Source: Eledone cirrhosa
Lineage: Eukaryota
Direction of reading: 5' to 3'
Assembly: GCA_964016885.1 (NCBI GenBank)
Contig: OZ024745.1
Coordinates: 17,298,001 to 17,362,000, forward strand
Length of the DNA stretch: 64,000 bases
Shown here: piece after piece, positions 24,576 to 38,788 of the stretch
How positions within the stretch are numbered: the first letter of the stretch is position 1
Layout of the letters: the number at the start of each line of letters is the position of its first letter
The notes under the pieces: model-generated
Seen by the model: only the letters and a program-made list of their open reading frames with translations
Told to the model about the DNA's origin: nothing
The model's database searches: none
Position numbers and translations under genes: made by a program

Positions 24576-25790
24576 ATGGCTAACACACGTTCAAAATCCT
24601 CTACTGAATCCCTCAAATCGGATACACTACTACAGGAAATATCAGAAAAACTCACCATAATAATAGATAAATATGATTCCCTTACGAATGCCGTACAAGA
24701 AATGGAACAACAAACACGCAGCTATAGGGAAAAACTTGATTCACTAATTACAGACCGGCAAAAACAAGAACAAACCTTTTCTCCTGAAATAGCTACACAT
24801 GAACAGAACTCCATCAACAATAATGCATTCAAAGAATGGAATGAACTGAACCTAGAAAAAGGAGCCTACAGAAAAAGAAACCAAATGAAAAACATTTGTA
24901 ACCCATTATTAAATCAAAGGAAACAGGCATACTGGAAAGCCTTGAGGAGTGAAAACCTTGCAGACACATACGAAATATGGCGTAGCAAGGAACCAGTTAT
25001 CCTCCCGAGAAAATTCCGAATTAAAGAAATACCATCGCAATCAAAGGAAGAAACTGCAACAAGACTAAATCTAGCACTCCAAACATTTGAGACCGAAATC
25101 ACCCTACTCCGCCTAAGAGTGCCACAATTCAAAGAGAAATTTGAAAAATGCGACACCACCATCCAAGAGGAAATAAACAAAAGAAGCAGCGGCAATGTAC
25201 GTGAAAAACTCCTTAACCTATGGCAGACAGATACAACTAGAGAGGAGTTAAAATCAAAGAAAATCTTGGAGTCAAGAACTCAATGGCTTCAAGAATATGA
25301 AGATAACTATGGGAAAGACCAAATAAAACCCAGAAAACAAACACATAGGAAACCCCAGAACTCAGGAAAATACAACAACACAAGAAATGAAGCACCCACA
25401 CACAATAAACCAACAACAACCAGATATTGGGTAACCCCAAACACACAACTACATACAGACCCAATACTCAACACCAGAACCAGATACAACCACTGCCATA
25501 ACACCAAGAAAAATCACCGGAGACAAACTCAAAGACACATGAATACTGAACGAATCAACAGAAGAACCAAACCCCCATACAGCAACGGCCACGCAAGAGT
25601 CTATCGCCCAACCAGTTACCGACATGAAGTTCCGGCGGGCCAAAGGTTTCACCACAACAGAAACACCCCTATCCCAAATGGCACCCATTTTTTAGGACTA
25701 GGGGCCTCGCACCAAATGAAAGAAAAAAAGAAAAAAGCACCACCTTTCAAGTGGCACCTGACGAGAAAGAACCAATCGAACCAAAAATAA
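24576..25790 (+). CDS. PLE2 upstream ORF (helical/coiled-coil-like, then basic low-complexity), about 404 aa from the first ATG
   Basis: Uninterrupted ORF MANTRSK...THFLG...NQK*, overlapping the RT frame by about 96 nt. Confidence 0.75.
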   Translation: MANTRSKSSTESLKSDTLLQEISEKLTIIIDKYDSLTNAVQEMEQQTRSYREKLDSLITDRQKQEQTFSPEIATHEQNSINNNAFKEWNELNLEKGAYRKRNQMKNICNPLLNQRKQAYWKALRSENLADTYEIWRSKEPVILPRKFRIKEIPSQSKEETATRLNLALQTFETEITLLRLRVPQFKEKFEKCDTTIQEEINKRSSGNVREKLLNLWQTDTTREELKSKKILESRTQWLQEYEDNYGKDQIKPRKQTHRKPQNSGKYNNTRNEAPTHNKPTTTRYWVTPNTQLHTDPILNTRTRYNHCHNTKKNHRRQTQRHMNTERINRRTKPPYSNGHARVYRPTSYRHEVPAGQRFHHNRNTPIPNGTHFLGLGASHQMKEKKKKAPPFKWHLTRKNQSNQK

Positions 25791-28013
25791 TCAATATATC
25801 AGCCAAGAAATTAACACAACCAGAAATACAACTGTTAGAAAATGGACTGAAGTTCACTCCCACTCCGAAAGCAGATACAGCCGATGTTATAAAAGACACA
25901 GAAGAATACTGTCGAAAATTACGCTTAGGAGAATTCTTCCAGGGTGTACAATACGAGGAAGAATCACTGGTGAAAAACAAAAAGAACTTCACACCCCCGC
26001 TAAATAGAGATAAATACCTGGAGGAATACATAACCTGCCTTCGCCGATCAGCACGTACAAATACGGCCGAGACGAAACACAAATGCAACATCCCTACAGA
26101 CCAACTACTAGCATTGACAAGCTACAAAGAGATTCCTCAATAATAATAAAAGAAGCGGACAAAGGTAGAGCAATCGTCATCATGGACACAAACCACTACA
26201 AAGATATGGTCCTAGCACACTTGAATGACGAAAACTTCTACAGGAAAATCGCTAAAAACGAAGAAAGGAAATCGAGGAACCAAATAGGCAAACTAACAAC
26301 AAAGTACCAAAACAACCTAACACCAAAAGAAGTAGATTACGTAACCAACTTCGAAATGAAAACCAGCAATTTCTATGGATTACCAAAAATTCACAAATCC
26401 ATAGAAATCCAAAACAACATAAAAGGGAAAAATACATCATACATCGAAGCACCAAAACCGACAGACTTAAAATTACGCCCCATTATTGCTGGCCCAGCCG
26501 CAAGCACACAACGTCTAAGCAACCTATTAGACATCATACTCAAACCCCTATGTAAAAAAGTTCCAAGCTACATCAGAGATGATATGGAATTAACTATATC
26601 CCCCAAAAAGTACACCAGGATACAATCCTAGTCAGTTTTGATGTAATAAGCCTGTACACTAACATCCCACACGAACTAGGGATTGAAGCTGTGGACTTCT
26701 GGATTACAAAACACTCAAGTCACATTTCAGAAAGATTCCCCAAAGAAATCATCTTGGAAGGACTTAAATTAGTATTGGAAAACAACCACTTCCTCTTTGA
26801 CAACGAACTTTATCTACAAATAAAAGGAACAACTATGGGTACCAAAGTGGCCCCTACATATGCACCGCTCGTTATGGGTCACTTAGAGGCAAAATTATAC
26901 TCCCAACTACAGATAACATTCAGTCACCACTTCGCCTTCTACATTAATAAAAACTGGAAACGTTACCTAGATGACTGCTTCATCTTCTGGAACAGAAGCC
27001 AAACAGACCAACAAAAATGTTATTCGATCCTAAACAGGCTTCATGAAGCTATACAATTCACTATAGAATGTAACGAAAAGGAACTGCCCTTTCTAGATAT
27101 CCTCATCATCAAAGAAGGGGAAAATATCATAACGGACCTATTTTGCAAACCCACTGACACACACCAATACCTAAATTTCCGGTCAGCACACCCCTCACAT
27201 ACGAAAAGGAACATTCCCTTCAACATGGCAAGGCGCATCTGCACTATAGCAACACACCCCGTACTACAAGAAAAAAGATTATGTGACCTGAAAAAATTCC
27301 TTAAAAAACAAGAATACCCGATGAAACTCATCAACGCAGCCATCTCCAAGGCTAAGAAGATCCCAATAACAACACTGAGAAAACCAAACCCACAACATAA
27401 AAAAGAAAACCCTGCTATCTCTTTTGTCATCACTCACAACCCAGGGAACATCAACATTGTGAAAACTGCAAAGCAGTATCTACCGATTCTACAGCAATCT
27501 ACCAAAATGAATGCACTCTTAAAAAACACACAGATAATTTATAGCAGACGCCAAGCACCCAACCTTAAACAACTAATTACCAAGGCAAAATTTACGACCA
27601 ACATGGAATCAATGCAGGTGACGAAATGCGGGGACCCTAGATGTGGAACCTGTGAACTCATCGAAGAGGGCAAACAGTTGTCCTTCAAAAACCATGATAA
27701 TTTCAAGGTCAATGCTAACATGAACTGCAAAACGAAAAACCTAATATATTGCGCAACATGTCCACTGTGTAAAGAGTATTACATTGGAGAAACCGGAACG
27801 GGATTACATGATAGAGTCCGGGTACATAAACAACAAATTAAAGATCCCACAGTCAGAAATACCACATGTAGCGCACACTTTGCATCATGCGGGAAGGGAA
27901 AATTCACAATCTTCCCTTTCTTCAAGATATGGTCGGATAACGAACATTTCCGCAGATATAAAGAAGAATTCTTCATTGAAAAATTTAAACCACTACTGAA
28001 CACGAAAAAATGA
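25694..28013 (+). pseudogene. PLE2 RT + Cys linker + GIY-YIG endonuclease, with two frameshifts (about 26110 and 26590)
   Basis: [95 protein letters not shown], stop at 28013. Confidence 0.92.
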
Positions 28014-28167
28014 ATTAACACTCGGAGGTAAAATTCCATTTCACTACCCTCCACCCTCTTCTTATGTATACACATGAATATCTGAGTAAACGGTGAGACA
28101 CACACACATATATGTGTGTAGGGATGTATGGATGTATCTACGTGTGGGTATATATGTATGTGGGTGT

Positions 28168-28241
<74 letters not shown>

Positions 28242-28786
28242 ATGGATGTGTGTATGTTTGTATGTGTGTGTGTATATATATATATATGTGTATGTATGTA
28301 TGTGTGTATATATGTGTATATGTACATGTATGTATGTGTATGTTTGTATATATATATATATATATATATATATGGATAGATATGTATGTTTATGTGTGTG
28401 TGTATGTATGTGTATGTACCTATATATATGTGTGTGTGTGTATGTATGTGCATATATGTATATATGTGTGTACATATGTGTATGTTTCTGTTTGTGTATA
28501 TGTATGTGTGTATGTAGATGTATGTGTATATATATGTATATATATGTATATGTATGTGTATGTGTATATGTGTCTTTATGTGCTCGTGTGTACGCACATG
28601 AATATATATATGTATATATGTATGTGTGTATATATGTGTGTGTGTGTGTATGTGTGTATATATATGTATATATATATATATATGTATGTATATATGTATA
28701 TATATATATATATGTATGTATGTACATGTATGTATGTATGTGTGTATGTATGTACTTGTATGTGTATGTGTATGTGTATGTGTATG

Positions 28787-28823
<37 letters not shown>

Positions 28824-28942
28824 CTATATGTAAGTGTGTATATATATGTATATGGATATATATGTATGTGTATATGTATGTGTATATGTGTGTATGTGTC
28901 TGTATGTGTTTATGTGTACATATATGTATATGTATGTGTATG

Positions 28943-28976
<34 letters not shown>

Positions 28977-28977
<1 letters not shown>

Positions 28978-29675
28978 TAAGAGAGTAAAACAAAGAAGCC
29001 TTTAATACATCAAAAGTTTTTATTAGCCGACAATGTTTCGTCCTATTAAGGACTCATCAGGGCAATTAAAACAACAAGAAGTAATATCGGCAGATACAAG
29101 CCGGAAGCTCCGAAGAATATGGAGTGTACATACACTAAAGTCTTGCAAAAATATATAATATAAATAATAAAAATATATAATAAGAATATGTGTGAGTGTG
29201 TGTGCGTGTGCGCACATATATACATGTACATATTGTACCTTTTGATTTTTATTGTAATTTTAATGTTGGTAAAGGTATATTATTATAATGTATTATATTA
29301 TATTACATTGTGTTATATATAATTCCTGCTATATATAACCACCTTTGTTTAGCTCTAGGTTATTTGCTTTGGACTATATTTGTAATATGGTTCTTAATGT
29401 TATATACATCCTTAGTTATTCTTATTATATATTTTTATTATTTTTATTATATATTTTTGCAAGACTTTAGTGTATGTACACTCCATATTCTTCGGAGCTT
29501 CCGGCTTGTATCTGCCGATATTACTTTTTGTTGTTTTAATTGCCCTGATAAGTCCTTAATAGGACGAAACATTGTCGGCTAATAAAAACTTTTGATGTAT
29601 TAAAGGCTTCTTTGTTTTACTCTCTTAATTTTTTGGCTCTGTTTAACTGCATTGAGCTATACCTTTTACTGTCAT
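28977..29675. mobile_element. Fold-back pLTR fragment of another family nested in the PLE2 3' UTR; HHRs at 29023-29065 (-) and 29540-29582 (+)
   Basis: Absent from the equivalent upstream UTR copy. GCC CTGATGA GTCC-ttaata-GGAC GAAA CATTG TC GGC followed by AATAAA. Confidence 0.85.
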
Positions 29676-29833
29676 TTTATATATACGGACATATGTATAT
29701 GTGTGTGTGTGTGTGTATACACGTGTGTGTGTGTGTGTGTGTGTATGTGTGCGTGTATGTGTATATATGTATATTTAGTTATGTATCTTTATGTGTGTAT
29801 ATGTATGTATATGTATGTATGTATATGTATGTA

Positions 29834-29896
<63 letters not shown>

Positions 29897-29923
29897 GTGT
29901 GTATGTGTGTGTATGTGTATATG

Positions 29924-29964
<41 letters not shown>

Positions 29965-30744
29965 ATATGTATATATATATATACCCATGTGGAGGTATGA
30001 TTACATATTCGTGTGTCTACGTATGTGTATGTGTGTTTTTATATGTGTCTCTATTTGTACATGGGTGTGTGATTGATGGTGTGTGCCTATATATTCCTAC
30101 ATATGCCCGTGTGTGTATGTACGTGTATGCGCACATATGTGTGTGTTGAACAAAGGACTAACTTTGGGATGGACGTAGAAAAATTCTTCAGGAAAAAAAG
30201 AAAAAAAGAATTATTCACAAACTTGACAGGTGCGATTTGCATGTGACCATTCTCAACACAAAAGCAATACTAAAAGCTTTTTCCCCTGAATAAAGGAATT
30301 TTTCGAGAATGACCGGGGCAGGCCGCACTTGCTACATTTCTCCCCACCCAACCCTACTCACCGTCTCAACTCATTACTGCTATGAACACTTTTTCAACAC
30401 ACCTACACCCATGCACTTATTAAAGGGGGAGAAAAGAAACCCCCACCACACCACAGACATGTTAAATCCCTATATATAGAACAACACACCACATACACAT
30501 CAGTTTGACAAGCGAACCTCAGCGTGAAAGGTCTTTCTAAAAACGAAACAATACCTCCTACGTTAACCAAGAACTCCTAAGACCTAACCAACAACCAACA
30601 ACTTAATTTATAAAATAATTGTTTTTAAGAAAAATTCTTTTTGGAATTTGTGAAGAAAATAAATTTGTTGAAAGCACAAGTGAAGCCATTTTTTCTTCCC
30701 CCCTGTCTTAATATACCTAACTGTACCAAGGATTACACACATTT

Positions 30745-30813
<69 letters not shown>

Positions 30814-30871
30814 TAAAATGATTAAGTCAAATATGTAAAATCTGGCTTCGTTTATTATAAATTATTGATAT

Positions 30872-30928
30872 GCTGCTATATATATATTTCTGTGACCGCC
30901 ATCATTGGCTGTGACCTCTTCAGACAGT
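30872..30928 (-). ncRNA. Hammerhead with a disrupted stem II base
   Basis: CTGT CTGAAGA GGTCACAGCCA-atga-TGGC GGTCACA GAAA TATATATA TA GCAG. Confidence 0.6.
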
Positions 30929-31145
30929 CCGAATTGGTGTGGGAAAGACAGGTAGACATGTTGTTGAGGTGTGTTTTACTCCGTCAATACATCAACATGT
31001 CCAGCTCCTGGTTCTACTGTTATTCTTCTGAGGAACTGGAATCATAATTATTTTACATTACTCCGGAGTAAACAAACCAACCTGCGTACTTCGTCGAGTG
31101 CTCCAATCCGCATATTGAGGTGTCGGTAAACAACCAACATATACT

Positions 31146-31659
<514 letters not shown>

Positions 31660-31853
31660 TGTGGTATAAACGTTTGAAGTTAGAAGGCCAGATCAATGTA
31701 GGTTTGGATATAGAATATAAATGCAAAATATCACGCTGACAATTAGTCTTTTACCGTAATTTATTAGTATATCCTGATATTTCGATATAATTTTTCTTCG
31801 TCTGAGGAAAGTAAAGGGGTTAATCCAGTGTTCGAAATGGGTTGCCAAGTCAA

Positions 31854-34297
31854 TAAACTTCCTCAAACGATGCCTGAATAACAACATCATTCCAAAAACA
31901 ATCAAAAACCTGCACCTACCAACATGCTTCAAATCACCAGGCCTCAACCGATCACTTAGCTACTTACACAAATTCTGCCTAAGAAAACTCCTAGAACATC
32001 TACACCGCACGCTACAGCACATACGGACAATTTCCAGCCTATTACCGCAACTCGCTGAAACTCCAGAACATCTGCTCGGAGTAATTTCCGCCACTATAGA
32101 CAGGTCCTACCACTATCGCCAAGATACGAGAAAATACGCTTTTAAGCAAAGGTTTTTTCAAACTCAGCACGGCTGACCGTCCTAACAACAACCCAACTCT
32201 AAGCACCAACAGAGGCAAATAAGACAGTACCAATATCCAACCTAGTGGCGCCCCGACCAACAACATACTTGACACAAAACACCTCGTCACAGACTTGACA
32301 GGATCCCTCTCCCGAGATGAACTAGAACTCCTCAGCCTGGGTCCCAAGTTCATATTAAAACAGAGACTGGATGACAAGTTATGGCTCGACATAGAAACGA
32401 ATTTCTGTCGGGCCGCCTACCAACTAAAAGGGATATCGAACCTCGGCAACAACACCACGGAACCTAACACAACCAGATTCCCGATATACCAACTGGACCG
32501 CCCACTCTGCTCACCGCCTGCCAAACGCGAGCTGAAAGAAAAACTATCCGGGCTAAAACATTCCGTATTTAACATTTTACAGAAACAGAGGACGATAACC
32601 CCAAACCTCTCCAGGACGCAACAACTCGCCCTGAAAAACCTGCGGAAAAGGGATCTCATCTACTTACCATCCGACAAAAGGCAAGAGTTTTGTGTCATCT
32701 CTCAAGCCATATACAACAACCTAGCTTTTGAACAGTTAAGCGACAACAAACTATATACAGAGGTCCCGGACATAACTGCAGCCTAGGTCGAAAAACAGGC
32801 CAACTCCATCTGGTTCGACATCTGTAGTAGAGGACAACTCCCAAATACATTTAAGTCCAATTACATCACTAGAAATAGCAGACTGCCCACTTTCTATCAT
32901 CTCATCAATACGCACGAGAATAGTACTAAGACACAAATTAGACCCATCGTCTCTAGCATAGAAGGGCCCATATAAAACATTTCCTGGCTCCTCTCCCAGA
33001 TCCTAAAGCCTTTACTCTCCATCTTTCCCGGGCATGTCAGTAGTTCCGACTAGGTTATACGTAGACTACACCAACTCCAGCCATATGAACTTAAACTCAA
33101 TAGATACGCCTTTAGCCTCGACGTTGTCTCCCTCTACAATACAGACCCCGCTCTTCCAGCTGTCGATTTATTGACGGACTGCGTGGTCGCCAATGACGTC
33201 CACTGCAACGGCCTCCATCCGACGTACATACACCACCTTTTGTCCTTGACGGTGGAAAACACATACTTCCCCCTCCACCACCACACAAACAGACAGACAA
33301 CAGGATTACCCATGGGATCCAGCCTATCGGGCCTGCTGGCCATCATATGAACCAGTTGGAATGCCAAGCCCTCAACACCTGCCATTCCTATACCTTCTTC
33401 ACCCGATATTTAGATGACATACGCATCCTTACATCATTCCGTTAGGAAGCGAATATAATATACATGAGATTCTCCAGCATGGACGGCAATATAGAGTTCA
33501 GTATGGAACACCCCGATGACCGTGGATCCCTATCTCTATTAGACTTCCAACTCAGGGTAACAGCTGAAGGCGACATCCACACCTGCTTCTATAAAAAAGC
33601 CGCCAGCAGGGACCTGTTCGTCCATTTCAGGTCGGCCCTCCCACTCGGTGCCAAGTTCGAATACATAAGGAACGAATTGACATGTATCCGGAACAAATGC
33701 ACCGACGCAAGAGATCGAGACACACACACCACACACTACCTGGGGTACTTAAACTGAACGGATACCCGCCGTCCACCGCGAACCGTGCCAGAAACAACAG
33801 AAGACACCACACCGGAAGCACTAACACCTGCTTCCTGTGATGAAACTACTACGGCCATCAGCAGGACAATCAGACGAGAGGGACTAGATATCCAGCTAGC
33901 CCACTCAGGACCTTCTCTACGCAAACAGCTAGCCAAGAGACACTCCACAAGACAATACAGCCGCTGCACGCTGGTCAACTGCCCCATCGACGACACAGAC
34001 CTATGCCACCAGGCATACGTCGTCTACAGATTATAGTGCGACAAATGTACCAATTTCTACATTGGGAGCACCACCAGATAACTTCACATTAGAATAAAAG
34101 TACACCTCAACCCTAATGCTTCCTCATTTAAGAAACACCTGGAGAATTATAAAAACATCAACAAAAAGGTAATAGTTAGGATAGAAGCTAAGGAAAGAAA
34201 CCTCGGCAATCTTAGAATTAAAGAAGCATTTATTATAGACAAAACGCAACCACCAATCAATAATAGATTAGAACTCAACACCCAATTTTTAACATGA
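31854..34297 (+). pseudogene. Decayed PLE3 RT + GIY-YIG
   Basis: LLSLGPKF, YLPSDK, IRPIVSS, SLDVVSLY, GLPMGSSLSG, RYLDD, SLLDF, VVYRL*CDKCTNFYIGST. Multiple stops and frameshifts. Confidence 0.85.
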
Positions 34298-34573
34298 TAT
34301 AGCATCTATCCCCCATATTTACATCTCCACGTATCTTCTCACCCTCACACACACACACACGCATGCTTACACCTTTACGTATTCTCACACACACACACAT
34401 TCACACACACTTAGACATACATGTCCAAACTCTTTAAAGGGAGACAACACTTTATCCACTTGACCTGCACATACCTCCACTCTTTGACATTAGAAGTAGA
34501 ATGGAATTTGATACTACTTCCGGTCAGCTTGACTTGGCAACCCACTTCGAACACTGGATTAACCCCTTTACTT

Positions 34574-34610
34574 TCCTCAGGCGAAGACATTTCTTCTCGA
34601 AATATCAGGA
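34574..34610 (+). ncRNA. Minimal hammerhead of PLE3 with A at core position 4 (mirror copy 31772-31808, -)
   Basis: TCCT CAG(A/G)CGA A, short stem II, GAAA TA TC AGGA, then AATAAA. Confidence 0.6.
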
Positions 34611-34771
34611 TATACTAATAAATTAAGGTAAAAGACTAATTTTCAGCGTGATCTTTTGCATTTATATTCTATATCCAAACCTGCATTGTTCTGGCCTTCT
34701 AACTTCAATCGTTTATACCATATATATATATCAAGTAAGAATATTTTCGAAACAGCGAGTGGGTTTGAAAT

Positions 34772-35001
34772 TATTAGAAATGAAAGTTATCGACGCATTT
34801 TGACTAAAGAAATTAAAGAAATTATTTAGCCTGATAGTGGGGTTAAAAACCCTCGGAGAAATGGAAAAAGATGAGTATTGACGTACATGACGTACATGTA
34901 CGTCATACTCATCTTTTTCCATTTCTCCGAGGGTTCTTAACCCCACTATCACCTAAATAAGTTCTTTAATTTCTTTAGTCAAAATGCGGCGACAACTTAC
35001 A

Positions 35002-35010
<9 letters not shown>
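34772..35010. repeat. About 240-bp imperfect palindrome next to (TA)n
   Basis: Arms 34772-34890 / 34896-35010. Confidence 0.85.
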
Positions 35011-35055
<45 letters not shown>

Positions 35056-35610
35056 TTTCATAATGCAACAAATACCAGCTGTATTCATCTACTGGATTAA
35101 CCTGCTAGAAATATCAGCTAAATCTCGTATAAATCACAGCCAACCGTCCTTTCAAAACACAATTGGCTCCTGCAGTGACAACTGGAATCACTTCCCCCAT
35201 AGACTGATGAATTAGAACCTACTTGCGATTCAGCAATGACAGCAACAACTGTGTTTAAACACTGGCTCTTCAAAATAGTATATAGAATTGTCAATAAAGA
35301 TTCGCTTTTGTTAGGAGTCGAACAATACATTAAAAATGAATAAGTACTTCACATATTATAGAGAACCGTCTGTATGAGAGATATATGGCGCTATTGAAGA
35401 TGTACATGTTAAACATATTTCATCTATTAACAATTATGTTTTATATTTCTATTGCATTCATTGCAGCCTTTGAAAGAGGCTTCCTTGAAAATATCATCAA
35501 AATGAACAATTGCTTCAAATAAAGAATAGAATATTGTCAATAGAGGTCTCGCGTCTTTTCATACCACTCACTCTTATATCGACTTTTGTATGTAGATATG
35601 TGAAATCAAA

Positions 35611-36936
<1,326 letters not shown>

Positions 36937-36944
<8 letters not shown>

Positions 36945-37497
36945 TAAAAAAATAATGAATAAAACAATGAAACAGTTCCTTATATTAAACAAAAAAAGTT
37001 CATTATTTAACGATCGTTTCTAGGATATATATGTGTTAGAATTGGCATGCATATTCAACAGATCTATGTACAAAATTATACAAAATTATACAAACTATCA
37101 AAATTAAATATACATACCAAACACATATATATGCCGTCTTCAGAAATAATGATTATTTCTGAAGACGGCATATATATGTGTTTGGTATGTATATTTAATT
37201 TTGATAGTTTGTATAATTTTGTATAATTTTGTACATAGATCTGTTGAATATACATGCCAATTCTAACACATATATATCCTAGAAACGATCGTTAAATAAT
37301 GAACTTTTTTTGTTTAATATAAGGAACTGTTTCATTGTTTTATTCATTATTTTTTTAATATTTTATCTTGACTCTGTATTCCGTTTATCTTTCACCGAAA
37401 GTGATTTTTCATTGCATCTCTTCTTTCCATGATATCCGGATTACATTGAGTTCTTCATACGGATTGGACACTACCGTAAACTCTTGGTAGATTTATC

Positions 37498-37500
<3 letters not shown>
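36937..37500. mobile_element. Near-perfect 430-bp palindrome centred at 37151 with back-to-back long-stem-II hammerheads (37002-37150 -, 37152-37300 +)
   Basis: ATTATTT CTGAAGA [about 116 nt stem II] GAAA CGATCG TT AAATAAT. Confidence 0.88.
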
Positions 37501-37540
<40 letters not shown>

Positions 37541-37905
37541 CTTAGTCTTAGATTCTTCCGCGCCGTTCGGCGCATCGAGCAGTAAGTACTCGCCAACGGT
37601 CACGATCAACGGCAACTTTTTCGAGACCGTGCCAGGTGATGTTGGCTGCCATCAGGTCCTTCCGGAACGTTCGTCGCCAGGTGATCCTTGGGCAACCCCG
37701 CCTCCGTTTATCGCTAGGCGATGTCCTGTTCATCGCTGTTTTCGAATGCCGTTCATTTGACAGACGCAGAATATGGGCAGCCAGATGGCACCGACGCTCA
37801 GGGACCACTCTCTGTAGCGTCCACGACTCGCCTCTCCGCAGCATCTCCTCGTTTCGCACTCGGCCGCACCAGGACACACGAAGGATCTTTCGCAGGCACC
37901 GCTGT
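37541..37905 (-). mobile_element. RTE-type LINE 3' fragment
   Basis: CLRKILRVSW..RVRNEE..HILRL..KRRRGCPRITWRRT..DRDRWR, followed by a CTAAGACTAAG tail. Confidence 0.8.
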
Positions 37906-37984
37906 ATATATATACATGGTGGGTTATATGCGCGTGTTTCGACGTATATCATTCAGAATTACCATGCGTTGTTATGAACATATA

Positions 37985-38353
37985 TATATAGGCCTCCCAA
38001 AGTATAACAATATATATATGTATATATATATGTTCATTACTACTACAGAGCCCCGACGAGCTTTTGATTGCAAAGTCGAGCCGGATCAACACAGATCGAA
38101 CCTTGAGCTGATCAGTAGTGAAACGCGCGTCACCAACCAATAAACGTGATGAAAGAGTAACCATTCGTCGATGCATTATTTTATTTTATCACGTTTATTG
38201 GTTGGTGACGCGCGTTTCCCTACTGATCAGCTGAAGGTTCGATCTGTGTCGATCCGGCCCGACTCTGCAATCCAAAGCTCGTCGGACCTCTGTAGTAGTA
38301 ATGAACATATATATATATATATACATATACATATTGTTATACTTTGGGAGGCC

Positions 38354-38357
<4 letters not shown>
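37985..38357. mobile_element. Fold-back element with inward-facing hammerheads (about 38049-38133 + and 38204-38289 -)
   Basis: GGT CCGACGA ... GAAA CGCGCG TC ACC then AATAAA. Arms about 165 bp. Confidence 0.7.
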
Positions 38358-38385
<28 letters not shown>

Positions 38386-38391
38386 TATAAT

Positions 38392-38652
38392 AAACGAAGG
38401 ACGTATGGTAAGGAACCAGGTGGACCATAACGCATCAACGTACTCAATACTTTGGGTAGTAGAGTGGGTAATAGAAAAATGTTCAAAACCCCGACGGCAG
38501 AGCTCAAGCCGTTTCGATGGCTGTTACTGGACCAAATTAGATTTTTAGCGTGGTGGTAAATAGCTATTTACTACCACGGTAAAAATCTAATTTAGTCCAG
38601 TAATAGCCTTCGAAACGGCCTGAGCTCTGCCGTTGGGGTCTTGAACATTTTC
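38392..38652. mobile_element. Fold-back fragment of a PLE5-related pLTR subfamily
   Basis: Palindrome centred at about 38563. GAAACGGC-ctgagctct-GCCGTTGGGG stem III / stem I half. Confidence 0.8.
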
Positions 38653-38748
38653 ATATATATATATATGAGTTTGTGTTTGTTGTTGCCGCTGTGGAATTTG
38701 TGTGTGTGTACCTGTGAGTAAATGTGTATTTGTTTTTTTGTGATTATG

Positions 38749-38788
<40 letters not shown>

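Larger units (their letters stand above)
31660..34722 (+). mobile_element. Penelope-like element 3, 5'-truncated, with inverted pLTR (31660-31853)
   Basis: 31660-31853 is the reverse complement of 34528-34722. (TA)n flanks. Confidence 0.88.
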
